A stretch of DNA of 64,000 nt from Octopus vulgaris (taxonomy: Eukaryota). The notes beneath the pieces are model-generated. The model was not told the DNA's origin. It ran no database searches and saw only the letters and a list, made by a program, of their open reading frames with translations. The translations under genes and the position numbers were made by a program. Shown in pieces: positions 1 through 12,869 of the stretch (position 1 is the first letter of the stretch; each line of letters begins with the position of its first letter). The stretch covers positions 31,682,001-31,746,000 of the forward strand of contig OX597823.1 in NCBI GenBank assembly GCA_951406725.2, given 5' to 3'.

Positions 1-264
1 ATACTTGTATTTGCAGTGTAGGTGTTGACTAGTGGCAAATGAAAATATTGTCTCTTTCCGTCAGGCATGAAGTCTTCAGGCAGAATAGAGACCCAACGGT
101 TCCCAGCAATCCAAAGTTGTCTATGATATCGGTGTGTGTTATTTTTTCATTTATATCATTTATAGACAAATATTATTATTGTGTATGTGCAGGTGGTTGT
201 ATGCTGGATATAGTCATACATATACATGTATGTATAACATAATGTCATACAATCAGAACTATGA

Positions 265-315
<51 letters not shown>

Positions 316-448
316 TATAGGATTATATAAAGGATATATTTATTATTATTATGTACATTTAACATTACAAACAGAACAGAACCAAATACAGAAAACTATA
401 TTTGTATTTTTTTTTATTAACCAAGGGGATTCACTTGTCAAAGTATAA

Positions 449-488
<40 letters not shown>

Positions 489-489
489 A

Positions 490-780
490 CGGAGTAGATG
501 AAACCATGGCGACTGAAGAAGGGGAATTTTCCTTGCGTTATTTGTCCGGTACTCTATTTTTTCGTTGTTTAAGAAAAATGTCCAGTTCCTTGGTTTTGTG
601 TTTATGTTTTCGTTTCTCATTGTGTTCAACGTTTTCTTGGTGTCCTGTACCCATATATGCATGTGTATATACATGTAGATGTAGGTACATACATATATGT
701 ATGTATATATGCATATGTTTTATTTATTAATTTGTTATTACACAACAGAACGCACGCATCCATTTCTAAGTAAGTTTGTT
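490..780 (+). repeat. Interspersed repeat family D (possible PLE pLTR remnant); related copies at 12140-12372 (-) and 25590-25760 (-)
   Basis: Shared TGTCCTGTACCCATATATGCATG and (G/A)ACTGA(A/T)GAAGGG motifs, each copy next to microsatellites. Confidence 0.7.
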
Positions 781-961
781 CTCTATATATATACATACAG
801 GTGCAAGAGTGGCTGTGTGGTAAGAAGCTTGCCTCTCAACCACATGTTTCTGGGTTCAGTCCCACTGCATGGCACCTTGGGCAAGTGTCTTCTGCTATAG
901 CCTTTGGCTGACCAAAGCCTTGTGAGTGGATTTGGTAGACGGAAACTGAAAGAAGCCTATC

Positions 962-998
<37 letters not shown>

Positions 999-1064
999 CC
1001 GGAGTAAACACATAAATGTGAAACAAGGTAGAAAACAGAGTACTCAAATACCAGTGGTAGAGTA

Positions 1065-1200
1065 ATATGCTTTATTTAAAGCAGCAGAAAATTCAACAAA
1101 ACCTGTTACTCTGAGTTTTGCTAGCAAAAACTGTCCGATGAACGGCAATGGGAAACTCAGAGTAACAGGTTTTGTTGAGTTTTCTGCTCCTTTAAATAAA

Positions 1201-1206
<6 letters not shown>
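1065..1206. repeat. Inverted repeat (arms 1065-1118 and 1153-1206)
   Basis: About 54-bp arms with few mismatches, flanked by (TA)n. A related degenerate copy lies at about 6901-7070. Confidence 0.9.
1131..1168 (+). ncRNA. Variant minimal hammerhead motif inside an inverted repeat
   Basis: CTGT-CCGATGA-ACGGCAATGG-GAAA-CTCAGAG-TA-ACAG. The core has C at position 4, and stem II is weak. Confidence 0.55.
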
Positions 1207-1245
<39 letters not shown>

Positions 1246-1527
1246 CACACACACACATAGATATATATACATGTATATGTTTGTGTTTGTCCCCACCACC
1301 ATCGCTTGACAACCGATGCTGGGGTGTTTATGTCCCCATAGCTTAGCAGAGGGGAAACTGATTCCATCAACCCCAGCAGTACATACTTGGCTGGTACTTT
1401 ATTTTATTATCCCTAAAATGATGGAAAGCAAAGTTAATTTCAGTCCAATACTCTAATGATTCTATCAGTGCACCCACCATAATAATGATAATAATGGTAA
1501 TAATAAATAATGATGATGATGATGATA

Positions 1528-1745
1528 ATCCTTTCTACTATAGGCAGAAGGACTGAAATTTATGGAGAGAGGGTAAGTCGATAACATTGACCCCAGTATG
1601 CAACTGGTACTTAATTTATCAACCTCGAAAGGATGAGAGGCAAAGTCAACCTCGGCAGAATTTGAACCCACAACATGATGACAGTTGAAATACTGCTAAA
1701 TATTTCGCCCGGTGTGCTAACGATTCTGCCAGCTCACCACCTTAA
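1528..1745 (-). mobile_element. tRNA-derived SINE family B in an (AAT)n tract
   Basis: Head GAGCTGGCAGAATCGTTAG, B-box GGTTCAAATTC, body CCTCTCATCCTTTCGAGGTTGATAAATTAAGTACCAG. Confidence 0.88.
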
Positions 1746-2102
1746 TAATAATAAGAAGAAGAAGAATAACAACAACAACAACAGCAACAAGCAGTTGTAA
1801 TTAGTGAAAGAAGCAAAATGACTAGTCCTGTGCTTGCGTGTGTATGTATGCATGCATGAGTGCATGCGTGTGCTTATATGTAAGAACATATATTGATGTG
1901 TGTGTGAGCGTATGTGTGTATGCTGAGTCAACAGAAACCGAGGTTTTATATTTATCAATGATGGCAAAAGGTCAGATATAGACATACAGTGGTTCTGTTG
2001 TATGATTCACAGTGGCACCCTACCTACGCACATGGGTACGTGTGTGGGTGAGTGACTGTGTGTATACATATGTATGTATGCGTGCGCATGTATGTATGTA
2101 TG

Positions 2103-2144
<42 letters not shown>

Positions 2145-2499
2145 ACATTTATATGTGTACAAATAAATGTATGTTATGCATGTCAGTGCCTATCTATGTA
2201 TGGATATATATATAAATATACACACATGTCAACACACCACGTCTGCTTTCTCATACTGCCAAAGGCTGTTTACAGTTTCTGAGGTAGTGTTTTTACGGCT
2301 TGGTGCCCTTCCTGCTGTCCATCCTTTCTTTTATCTTTACCACATACAAGAATGCAGAGTACAGATTTCAAAACCAGGATAGAGATGGCAATGCAGTCTT
2401 CCCTCAACTATCGTGAGTGTTACATTCCAAACCCAACCCCCCTACAATAGGTGAAAATTCAAAAAGTAGAAACAGTACAGTACTCTCTCTCCCTCTCTC

Positions 2500-2887
2500 T
2501 CTTTTACTTGTTTCAGTCATTTGACTGTGGCTATGCTGGAGCACCGCCTTTAATCGAGCAACTCAGCCCCGGGACTTATTCTTTGTAAGTCCAGTACTTA
2601 TTCTATCAGTCTCTTTTGCCGAACCGCTAAGTGACAGGGACATAAACACACCAGCATCGGTTGTCAAGCAATGCTAGGGGGACAAACACAGACACACAAA
2701 CATACATATATATATATATACATATATACGACGGGCTTCTTTCAGTTTCCGTCTACCAAATCCACTCACAAGGCTTTGGTCGGCCTGAGGCTATAGTAGA
2801 AGACACTTGCCCAAGGTGCCACGCAGTGGGATTGAACCCGGAACCATGTGGTTGGTAAACAAGCTACTTACCACACAGCCACTCCTT
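2500..2887 (-). mobile_element. SINE family A, full length
   Basis: Reverse-complement match to 44822-45195. Confidence 0.92.
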
Positions 2888-2939
2888 ACTGTATATTTTT
2901 TCTTCTTTTTTTTTATAATTTGTATATATTTATTTTATT

Positions 2940-3086
2940 ATAAGGTTAAGAAGCTAGCTTCCCAATAGTAGGATTTTAGTTTCAATTACACTGCATTGCA
3001 CTTTAGGCAAGTGTCATCTATTATAGTCCTGGACCAACTAAACCCTTGTAAGTGGGTTTAGCAGATGGAAACAAAAAGAAGCCTAC

Positions 3087-3134
<48 letters not shown>

Positions 3135-3283
3135 AATGTGAATCCGTGATACTTCACTAGTTTATGAGTGATTTTGATTGGTTTCTGTCCTTCATGGAGA
3201 AATATTAACCTGCTTGGAAAGAAGTTAAGGGGTGGCAACCAGTAGAGCATCCAACTATAGAAAATCTGCCTCAATGAATTCCA
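2940..3283 (+). mobile_element. SINE A head + (TG)n + RTE-tail-like 3' module (chimeric type)
   Basis: 5' half of A, a microsatellite, then GGTGGCAACCAGTAGAGCATCCAACTATAGAAAATCTGCC. Confidence 0.6.
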
Positions 3284-3672
3284 ACCCCAGGACTTATTCT
3301 TTGTAAGTCTGGTACTTGTTCTATCAGTCTCTTTTGCCGAACTGTTAAGTTGCAGGGACATTAACAAACATATACACATACATACATATATATCCATATA
3401 TATACATACACACATACATACATACATATATTATATATATATATATACACACACACACATATATATATATACACACATACACACACATATATATATATAC
3501 ACACACACATATATATATGACAGGCTTCTTTCAGTTTCCATCCACCGATTCCATTCTCAGGCTTTGGTTAGCGCTAGGCTATGACACTTGCCCAAGGTGC
3601 CACACAGTGGGACTGAACTCGGAATCATGTGGTTGGTAAGCAAGCTACTCATTACACAGCCACTCCTGCACC
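3283..3672 (-). mobile_element. SINE family A, 3'-truncated
   Basis: Both halves are present around a TA/CA tract. Confidence 0.85.
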
Positions 3673-4900
3673 TATAATAATAATAATAATAATAATTCCA
3701 TAAACATTCAAGAGAATGTGAACTAGGTTTTTTTAAGGAATATTTTGAAGTAGACACCTAAAGCTATTAATAATAAAATAAAGATAAAGAACCTGATGAA
3801 TGAATTGAAGGAGAGAAGAAACGAAGGAACTAGTGTGTGAATGAAGGGGCAAAGGAAGGAGTGAATGAAGGAATACACAAATGAAGAAATGAAGCAATAC
3901 ACCATATAGATAAAGAGATGAGGGTGGGGGCGGGAGGAGGTGGAGAGCCATGGATATACAAAGAGATTATCACTTTTAGTCTTGACAAATTTATAGTGGA
4001 CTGGAATAAAATGAAAGAATTGTTCTTAAAATGCTTCCTGTAGAGGATTCTGTGGGTGCGAGGGGGGGGGGCGGATAGTAGTAGTAGTAGTAGTAATAGT
4101 TGGTGTGGGCGGATGATGAAGATAGCCTGGTGTCCAAGGGAGTAGAACCGAACTGAGGATGAATGGCATGGCATGTATGATGGTGATGTGGGATTGTATG
4201 TGTGTGTGTGTGTGTGTGTGTGGTAGTGATGATAACTGCTGGTGGATACTTATGTGTGTATGATGGTGATGATTAGTGCATGTGTGTGTACACATGATAA
4301 TGATAAACAAAGGGATGTATGTGTAAGATGATGATGCTGGTGATGATGACCATTATCACCCACAGGGGTGAAGCGTCAGTGGGGTGAGGTTAGCCATTTC
4401 TCCTTTTACTTTAAGTCATCTACGACCCCCACCTACCCACCATCTCATCCATATTCATTCATCCTCTCTGTCCTCATCACCAACCATCATCCCCCTCCTC
4501 CTCCTCCATCTCTATCAACTCTACTATTTCAGTTTCTATTTATTTTGGACAAAGACATTTTATCTCCAGAAAAAGTGGGTACATTGGTGGCATTGTGGTT
4601 GGGGTGGTGGTGGATGTATAAGAAGAGTAGAAGGTGGAGAAGTTGAACTAGAATCAGAAGGGTCCCAACCACCACCACCACTATCATCATCATCACCACC
4701 ACCAACACCACCACCAAATAATTCACTTCTCTTGACACATACACATTTGTGGACCCAATCAAGCCAAGATATGTGTGGGTGTGGGTGCATGTGTATATGT
4801 AAAAATGTGTGTGTGTGTAAAAATGTATGTGTATATATATGCGTGTGTGTTTATAAATCCATATACATGTCTCTGTGCATGTACGCATATATAAATATGC

Positions 4901-4938
<38 letters not shown>

Positions 4939-6219
4939 AAGAGAGAAGTGTTCCTTTTGTTCAAACAGACTTCTTAATATAGCTGGCTACCAGAAATGAT
5001 TGTGTAGGTGGAAGTGGTACTTAACGAGGACATAACAACAACAACACCATTCTACTACTGCGGCTGCTACTAAATTACAGTCCAGTTCTTCATTGACTCT
5101 TGTAACTAAACACCAACAAACAAGGAAAATGCTTGAGTTTTTTCTTCTTTTTTTTTTTATAAAACAGATAGGTTTTTGTTAAGGTGAATGGCAATAGTCA
5201 ACACCACCACCATTACTATTACAACTACTACTACTACTACTACAACTACTACACTAGTTTGATACATTAGAGATAAAATTACAGTAAAATTTAGTGGTAG
5301 CAATAATGTGGTTCCTAAGGAGATTATTAGGGACAAATATATACACACCCCTGATGTTAAATACATTTGTACATACAAATTTATCTTATCATTATTGTCA
5401 AACAATGATGATGATAATGATTATGATGTGTGTGGGTGGGTGTGTAGAATCGTTATCATCATTTTAATGTCCATTTTCCCATGCTCTCAAGTGGAATTTG
5501 TTGAAGCAGATTTTCTGCAGTTAATTTTTTTTCCCGTCACCAACCCTCGCTCGTTTCCAAATAAAATATGTTCACATGGAAGATTTCCGAAATGCAAATC
5601 ACTAGAAGGACAAGGACAAAGAGTAGCATATTGGTTGAGAAGACAGATTGCTGGGAGTCGTTGAGAGGGCATCATGGAATCTCATGAAATACATCGTGTG
5701 AAGACATTGGTTTTGCTTCCACATTGTTAAATTATATATCCAAAGTTTATCTAGCATACAGAATATATGAGATCTAATGCTCTTAGCTTAGACTTTTTTG
5801 GGGGCAACCAAACTGATCCATCTCAAGTGTAACTGCCCGAAATGGTCGTGACATCTGGTACCTGACTGAAGAAAGAAAGTCAAGAATGACCCATCTTCTT
5901 TTTGTGTGTCCTTCTAATTGTTGTTTGTCTTGTCTGCCTTTGTATAGTCTATCAGTCCAAATGTTTTAATGTCCTCTATTACATTTTTGTTCCATTTATA
6001 CACACACACACACACACACACACACAAGAGTTAAGGAATGGAATAGATAAGATCTGGACTACATATGTTTCATAGCGAGTGGAACCTTGGAAATGGTAAA
6101 TATCCAAGTGAGGCATATACTGCAGGCTAGTCATCAGACCAAGGGTATATTGATTGAGCAAAAGTTTACATTGTTGCAAGGAGGTACATGTTAAAACATG
6201 GAAGATTCAATCAGAATGA

Positions 6220-6263
<44 letters not shown>

Positions 6264-6377
6264 TATAATGGAATTCTTCTTTCAGTTTCCACCTTTCAAA
6301 TCCACTCACAAGGCATTGGTTGGCCCGGGTCTATAATACACAAAACTATGCCTGCACGCACACACACACATCTACAT

Positions 6378-6434
<57 letters not shown>

Positions 6435-7314
6435 TAGATACATACATACATACATACACACACACACATCTACTTACACACACAAACACACACTGGTGGT
6501 ATCTGCCTAGACAAATACTTGTTTACATTTCGATAAATAAGCCATCAACTACCAGAAATAATCATGAGTTTGTTAAAAGAAATGTGAAGGAATTTTAATG
6601 ACTTATTTTATGAAATATCAATGAAACCACTGAGTTAAACCCTCGTCCACAGCTGACAGAATGGCTCTGTTGCAAATATTCAGAAAGAGAAATGTGAGAT
6701 AGTGAGAGAAAAACTTTCCTATCAAGAGTCTATACTTTAAGTGTTAGCATTTAGAGTACTCTAAATGCACATTGGTTTTGAACTAATCCTGTATTAATTA
6801 CCTCATAGCTTCAAAATTTAGATGTGGTAGTTATCATTTAGAATGACATTGTGGTGAAGGAATGAGAGGCTGAATCTGGCCATTCCAATCTAAAACATGT
6901 AGAACAAGAGCACTCAAATACCAAAGGCAGAGTAAAATATAGTGTTTTATAGAAGCTAAAAAAAAAACTTCGCAAACTGTTTCATACAAACGATCTGTCT
7001 GATGATCAGATAAGCAGAACTTTCAATAGCAATTTGTGAAGTTTGTCAGCTTCAAAAAAGCATAGCATTTACACAACATAGAAAATGTTATTGGTTGTCT
7101 TACGCTTCAATATAGAGATGTTTCAACGAAGCAGCAGTTTACTCCTTCAGTATTTTAGTAATGGCCCATGCATGCAAGCACACAATTATATACCACCCAT
7201 CTGCAAACCCACACAAAAACAACTAGTGATACAAAATACAAGAAAAGAAAGTGACCAGCTAACATGCACTTTGCTAAGAGAATCTTTAAGCAGAAAGGTA
7301 AAAATATGAAAAAC

Positions 7315-7705
7315 AGGCACAGGAGTTGCTGTGTGGTAAGTAGTTTGCGAACCAACCACATGATTCCAGGTTCAGTCCCACTGTGTGGCACCTTGGGCAA
7401 GTATCTTCTACTATAGCCTCGGGCCGACCAAAAGCCTTGTGAGTGGATTTGGTAGATGGAAACTGAAAGAAGCCCGTCATATATGTGTGTGTGTGTATGT
7501 GTAAAGTGACTTTGGACACATACAACGTCACTTGACAACCAATGTTGGTGTGTTTACATCCCTGTAAGTTAGCAGTTCAGCAAACAAGACCCATAGAATA
7601 AGTACTAGGCTTACAAAGAATAAGTCCTGGGGTCAATTTGCTCAACTAAAGGCGGTGCTCCAACATGGCCACAGTCAATATGACTGAAACAAGAAAAAGA
7701 GCAAA
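7315..7705 (+). mobile_element. SINE family A, full length
   Basis: Head through the GACTGAAACAAG end. Confidence 0.92.
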
Positions 7706-8419
7706 GGAGTAAAAAAAAAAAAAGAAATCTTTTTTCTTTTTTTTTCATAAATTTAAAAACCACCATGTTAAACTATTGCCCATTCTGATGCTGTCTTAAA
7801 TTCCAGTGATGGAAGCCAGTGCTTGAATTCAGCTCTTAATACGCCAATAACATACATAAATGTGTCCAATCATAGAGACAAAAGGTGACAATATTATTTT
7901 AGAAGCCAGCATCAACCTATTTAACAGAAAGTGATTTCATGATACCTTGTTTTACATCACTGAAATGACTTAAATATTTCAATATTTATTTATAGATCTA
8001 TACACACACAATATATATATATATATATATTGTGTGTGTGTATACCTATATGTAGAGAGAGAGAGAGGAAGAACATTAAAAAAACGTGTGTGTGTGTGTA
8101 CATGCACACACCACACTTATTGTATATTTTCTCTTTTTATTTTCTGTGTAAATCCATGTCATAATAATTATCGCGAAATGTATGTCAGTCAGGCAGAGTG
8201 GTGTGCAGAGGGATGGAGAGGGGAAGTAGAAAAAGTATAGATGGTGAGGGAGAAGAGAGGAGGAGGAGGAGGTGTGGTTGTAGAGATTGTGTGCATGTGT
8301 GAGAGAGAGAGAGAGAGAGAGAGACTGGGGTAGCAGTGGTGGTGGGGTGCCCACGCTGGTTATATTGCACTCAATAGCACAGATTAACATAAGAGAGAGA
8401 GAGGTAAATGGGTGTATGC

Positions 8420-8452
<33 letters not shown>

Positions 8453-8865
8453 GATAATCTGCGAAGTAGAAAACAATAAGGATTAGTGGAAATACAGTTT
8501 CATTAGGTTTAATCCAGACAGTCCACATGGTGAATTAACACCTGTTATTACAGATCAATCGATAGTCTGAGACAAAACTCACACCTCCTAACTTGCACTG
8601 TCCATTCCATTCTCATTATTCTTCGTAGCTTTTAGCTGCACAAAGAAAATCGTTTTTTTTTTATTTATTTTTTTACATGCTTCTTGTTTCTTATTATTAT
8701 TCATTAATATTTACAGTAATTACAATAGAAAGAGGGGTGGGTGGAGGTAGTAAGCATTTCTCTCCCTACATACATATATATATGTGTATGTGTATATATA
8801 CATACATACACACACACGTATGTACATCTCTCTCTCTCTCTCTCTCTCTCTCTATACATACATAC

Positions 8866-8897
<32 letters not shown>

Positions 8898-8928
8898 ATA
8901 TATGTGTATATATATATATATGTGTATA

Positions 8929-8976
<48 letters not shown>

Positions 8977-8980
<4 letters not shown>

Positions 8981-9115
8981 AAGGGCATCCAGCTGTAGAA
9001 ACACTGCCACATCTGACTGGCCTGGTGCAGCCTTCGGGCTTCCCAGACCCCAGTTGAACCGTCCAACCCATGCTAGCATGGAAAGCGGACGTTAAACGAT
9101 GATGATGATGATGAT
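8977..9115 (+). mobile_element. RTE 3' tail with (GAT)n
   Basis: AGGAAGGGCATCCAGCTGTAGAAAC ... CATGGAAAGCGGACGTTAAACGATGATG matches 42100-42230. Confidence 0.9.
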
Positions 9116-9278
9116 ATATATATATGTGTGTGTGTGTATGTGTATATATATATATATATATATGTATATATAAATAGATGAGTGTATTTCTACCTTGTTA
9201 ACAATTAACACAGAAAAAAAATATAAATAGTTAAAAATATTTGATTTACACCTGCGTTAAACTCCATTTATTTATTCA

Positions 9279-9312
<34 letters not shown>

Positions 9313-9337
9313 CATACACACATATATAAAAAATAAA

Positions 9338-9584
9338 TGCACCCTTTTAAAGCCTAGCCAGGCTCATGGGCCTGGTTTCCCAGTTTCAATCGCGTATGTG
9401 TTCCCCAGCTGGACAAGACGCCAGTCCATCGCAGCGTTACTCATTTTTGCCAGCTGAGTGGACTGGAGAAGCATGAAATGAAGTGTTTTGCTCAAGAACA
9501 CAATGCATCGCCTGGTCCAGGAATCGAAACCACAATCTTACAATCATGATGCTGACACCCTAACCACTAAGCCACACACCTCCA
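9338..9584 (-). mobile_element. tRNA-derived CORE-like SINE family E
   Basis: Minus strand: TGGCTTAGTGGTTAG A-box, GTTTCGATTCC B-box, then GTGTTCTTGAGCAAAACACTT and CTGCGATGGACTGGCG. Confidence 0.85.
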
Positions 9585-9597
9585 CACACACACACAC

Positions 9598-9628
<31 letters not shown>

Positions 9629-9737
9629 TGTATGTATGTATGTATGTATGTATGTATGTATGTATGTATGTATGTATGTATGTATGTATGTATGTATGTA
9701 TGTATGTATGTATGTATGTATGTATGTATGTATGTAT
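9598..9737. repeat. (ATGT)n tetranucleotide microsatellite
   Basis: Perfect array visible directly in the sequence. Confidence 0.97.
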
Positions 9738-9834
9738 ATATATATACACATATTCATACACACATGAAAATATATATATATATTCACACAAACACATATA
9801 TACACATATGAATATATATTCTTTCTTTTACTTT

Positions 9835-9998
9835 CTTTTATTCGTTTCAGTCAGTTGACTGCGACCATGCTGGAGCACCGCCTTTAGTCGAACAAATCAA
9901 CCCCAAGACTTCTTTGTAAGCCTAGTACTTATTCTATCAGTCTCTTTTGCTGAACCATTAAGTTATGGGGATGTAAACGGGGGGACAAACAGAGACAC
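9835..9998 (-). mobile_element. SINE family A, 3' half
   Basis: GTTTCAGTC..CATGCTGGAGCACCGCC..GGGGGACAAAC. Confidence 0.85.
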
Positions 9999-9999
9999 T

Positions 10000-10172
10000 T
10001 AAGGGATATTTGCCTGTTTGTGACATAAGGGATATTTGCCTGTTTGTGACTTAAGGGATATATGCCTATTTGTGACGTAGGGGATATTTGCCTGTTTGTG
10101 ACTTAAGGGATATTTGCCTATTTGTGACGTAGGAGATATTTGCCTGTTTGTGACATAAGGGATATTTGGCTG
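10000..10172 (+). repeat. 26-bp minisatellite, about 6.6 units
   Basis: TAAGGGATATTTGCCTGTTTGTGACN repeated head to tail. Confidence 0.95.
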
Positions 10173-10774
10173 TTATATCTAGCAAGGTGAGCAACCAGGT
10201 ACACCCCCCAAATTTTGGCTTGCAGCTCATTGCTGATGTTGTTGGAATTATTGTTACACTAGTTACAAAAGATACATAAGGAATGATAGTTATGCTAGTG
10301 AGGTTATGTACCTAGGAAACTATCAACTTCTTACCATCGAGAGGGGAGCGCACACTTTGGTACAACCCACAATACATTCGCAAAGTCCTTTTCTATTCTA
10401 ATAGAATCAAATACATTAGTTTTTTTTAATAACTATATATGAACACACACACATTTGTATATGTTAAGTCAAAATGCATGACATAATCAGTGTTTAGAAT
10501 TTCATGCAATTCAGTCCAAGACTTCCTGCTACTGGTTTCCATGGTTATAAAGATCACCGAGTATCTACAGAGAAAGCTAGACTAGGGAGTATGTTCTGAG
10601 ACTCTTTACTTACAGAATCCTTATGCAAGTGAATACATCAACTCTGATGATGCGAAGATGTGATAATTATATAAAGCCAGACTTCACTGGAACACATGTA
10701 AGGACGCGACAAGTAATTTATTTCAGAACAAACTCTCCGACCTTGTTTCATACGATACTGCATAATATATGAAT

Positions 10775-10975
10775 ATGTGTGTGTCTGTGTTTGACCCCCA
10801 CCCGCCAAACATCACTTGACAACCGATGCTGGTGTGTTTACACCTTCGGCAAAAGTGACCGATAGAATAAGTACTAGGCATACAAAGAATAAGCCCTAGG
10901 GTTGATTTGCTCGGCAAAAAGCGGTGCTCCAGCATGACCACAGTCAAGTGACTGAGATAAGTAAAAGAATAAAAA
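10775..10975 (+). mobile_element. SINE family A, 3' half
   Basis: CTTGACAACCGATGCTGG..GCGGTGCTCCAGCATG..GTAAAAGA. Confidence 0.85.
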
Positions 10976-11507
10976 AGAATATATATATATGTGACATCAT
11001 TCTGCATGTTTTTTCCACATGATGAAATGTCTCACAGTTTGTTGTGGTCCTTCCTCATCTGGACTCAATAATGAAAATCTCAACTAAACCATGAGAATTA
11101 CATGTCACATATTTTGCCATTGCTTTTAAAGCTAGCCACCCTTCCCATGACAAATTACTTTACAACAAATCCTGAGAGTATTTTATTGAACCAGCCACTC
11201 AGAACCGGTTTCTCTTTTCTGTGATTCAAAGTTAATGCTCTCTTAGGTACATTGCCTGTACAGTAGATTGCAGAGTCCAGCTTTCCACTATTTGTTTCTT
11301 CTTAAGTTTACTATATCCACTATAGTTGCTAAGCCCATGCTGTAGCACTACCTTCTGAGCCAAATGTTCTGTCTTTTTTTTGTGTGTGTGTCTGTGTGTC
11401 TCTGTATATGACTACAGATCCAGTGCTTTTGTATGACTTATCTGCATACATGTGACTATACAAATTATTGAAGGACAAGGGAATAAGAATTACATAATCA
11501 ACCACAT

Positions 11508-11590
11508 TAGCTTACAGCTGTTTCTGCTACAAGGAGAAGTGCACTCAGAGCTGAGTGGTTGAGCAAAGTCCTTTAGCTTCCTCAGAGCCA
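11508..11590 (-). ncRNA. PLE-type minimal type I hammerhead motif
   Basis: Minus strand: TGGCT-CTGAGGA-A-GCTA..TAGC-A-GAAA-CAGCTG-TA-AGCTA. Long stem II (AAGGA/TCCTT, CACTCAG/CTGAGTG), palindromic stem III. Confidence 0.75.
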
Positions 11591-11667
11591 TTAAAATGAA
11601 GTGTATGTTTATTTCAGAAAGCATTTAAATACATAGAAATGATTAGCCTCCTTCCCTTCTTCTATTA

Positions 11668-11738
<71 letters not shown>

Positions 11739-12367
11739 AAAAGAATGAATTTAGACACAAAGCCGCCAATTGCCTGATTCAGCAAGCAGGATGTATTTAA
11801 GTAGCTTCAACATCACCTTGAAAACTGCAGAGGAGGGTGGGACTGAATGAGAGTGTAGACTTAATAACTATAACTAGTACATATTGCTTTTCAAGTGGTT
11901 CCTAGTGTGTGTGTGTATGTATGTGTGTTATACACACACACACACACGTTCATTAGAAAACTGATGATTCATTCTGTTATTAGTCAAATTCTAATTTTCT
12001 CACAATCTCAGATCTTTCAGGTGAAATAAAGATGAATAAATACTATACTATACTTTGACTTTGCTTTCTGCCATTTATACATGTAAACACATATGTGTGT
12101 GTGTGTGTACGTGTATATATATATATACATACATACATACTTGGAAAAGGATGCTTGGCGTTCGATCATATAATATAAATAATATATAATTATATGCATA
12201 TATACATACATATATGTACATACCTACATCTATATGTATATATACATGCATATATGGGTACAGGACATCAAAAAAACATTGAACACGAGAAACGAAAACA
12301 TAAAAACAAAAACATGGAAACAAACTTTTTTTTCAAACGACAAAAGAACAGAGTACTGTTTTTTCGT

Positions 12368-12409
<42 letters not shown>

Positions 12410-12434
12410 ATGTCATAATATATTTTTCTTTTAT

Positions 12435-12600
12435 TTCTTTTACCTGTTTCAGTCATTTGACTGCGGCCATGCTGGAGCAAACAGTCCCCACCGGACTTAT
12501 TTTTTTGCTGAACCGCTAAGTTGAGGGGAGATAAACACACCAGTATCAGTTGTCAAGCGATGCTGGGGGGAAGGGAGGGGGTAAACACAGACACGCAAAC
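12435..12600 (-). mobile_element. SINE family A, 3' half
   Basis: Reverse-complement match to the A 3' module. Confidence 0.8.
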
Positions 12601-12869
12601 TTATACACACACACATCCTAGAAGATGCAAATGCAGGCATTCACATGGTTTTATATTTATGGCATACTAATTACCAGAAACATTATTATTTTCAGCCAGA
12701 AACTGAAAACTGTGGAGCCAGCCACCTGCTTTTCTCATTTCCAGAGGTATATTCAAACAAAATCGCACCCATTAAAGCATACGGGCTTGTTCAAATGATT
12801 AAAATAGAATAGTGGAACATTTTATCATGTAGTCCTAGATATATTGTATCTCAACTATAAAGGCTGGAC

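Larger units (their letters stand above)
800..1350 (+). mobile_element. tRNA-derived SINE family A (CORE-like body), interrupted in its central microsatellite
   Basis: Head GAGTGGCTGTGTGGTAAG, B-box GGTTCAGTCCC and CORE-like CACCTTGGGCAAGTG. The 3' half resumes at about 1275. Confidence 0.85.

Noticed and set aside
513-540. Hammerhead at CTGAAGAAGGGG (and CTGATGAAGGG near 25680, minus strand)
   Set aside because: No GAAA/NUH half could be placed with consistent stems.
5800-5855. Hammerhead 3' half GGGCA..TGCCC-GAAA-TG-GTC
   Set aside because: No CTGANGA lies upstream of the stem.
10000-10172. CRISPR-like array
   Set aside because: The units are contiguous with no unique spacers, there are no cas genes, and the context is eukaryotic.
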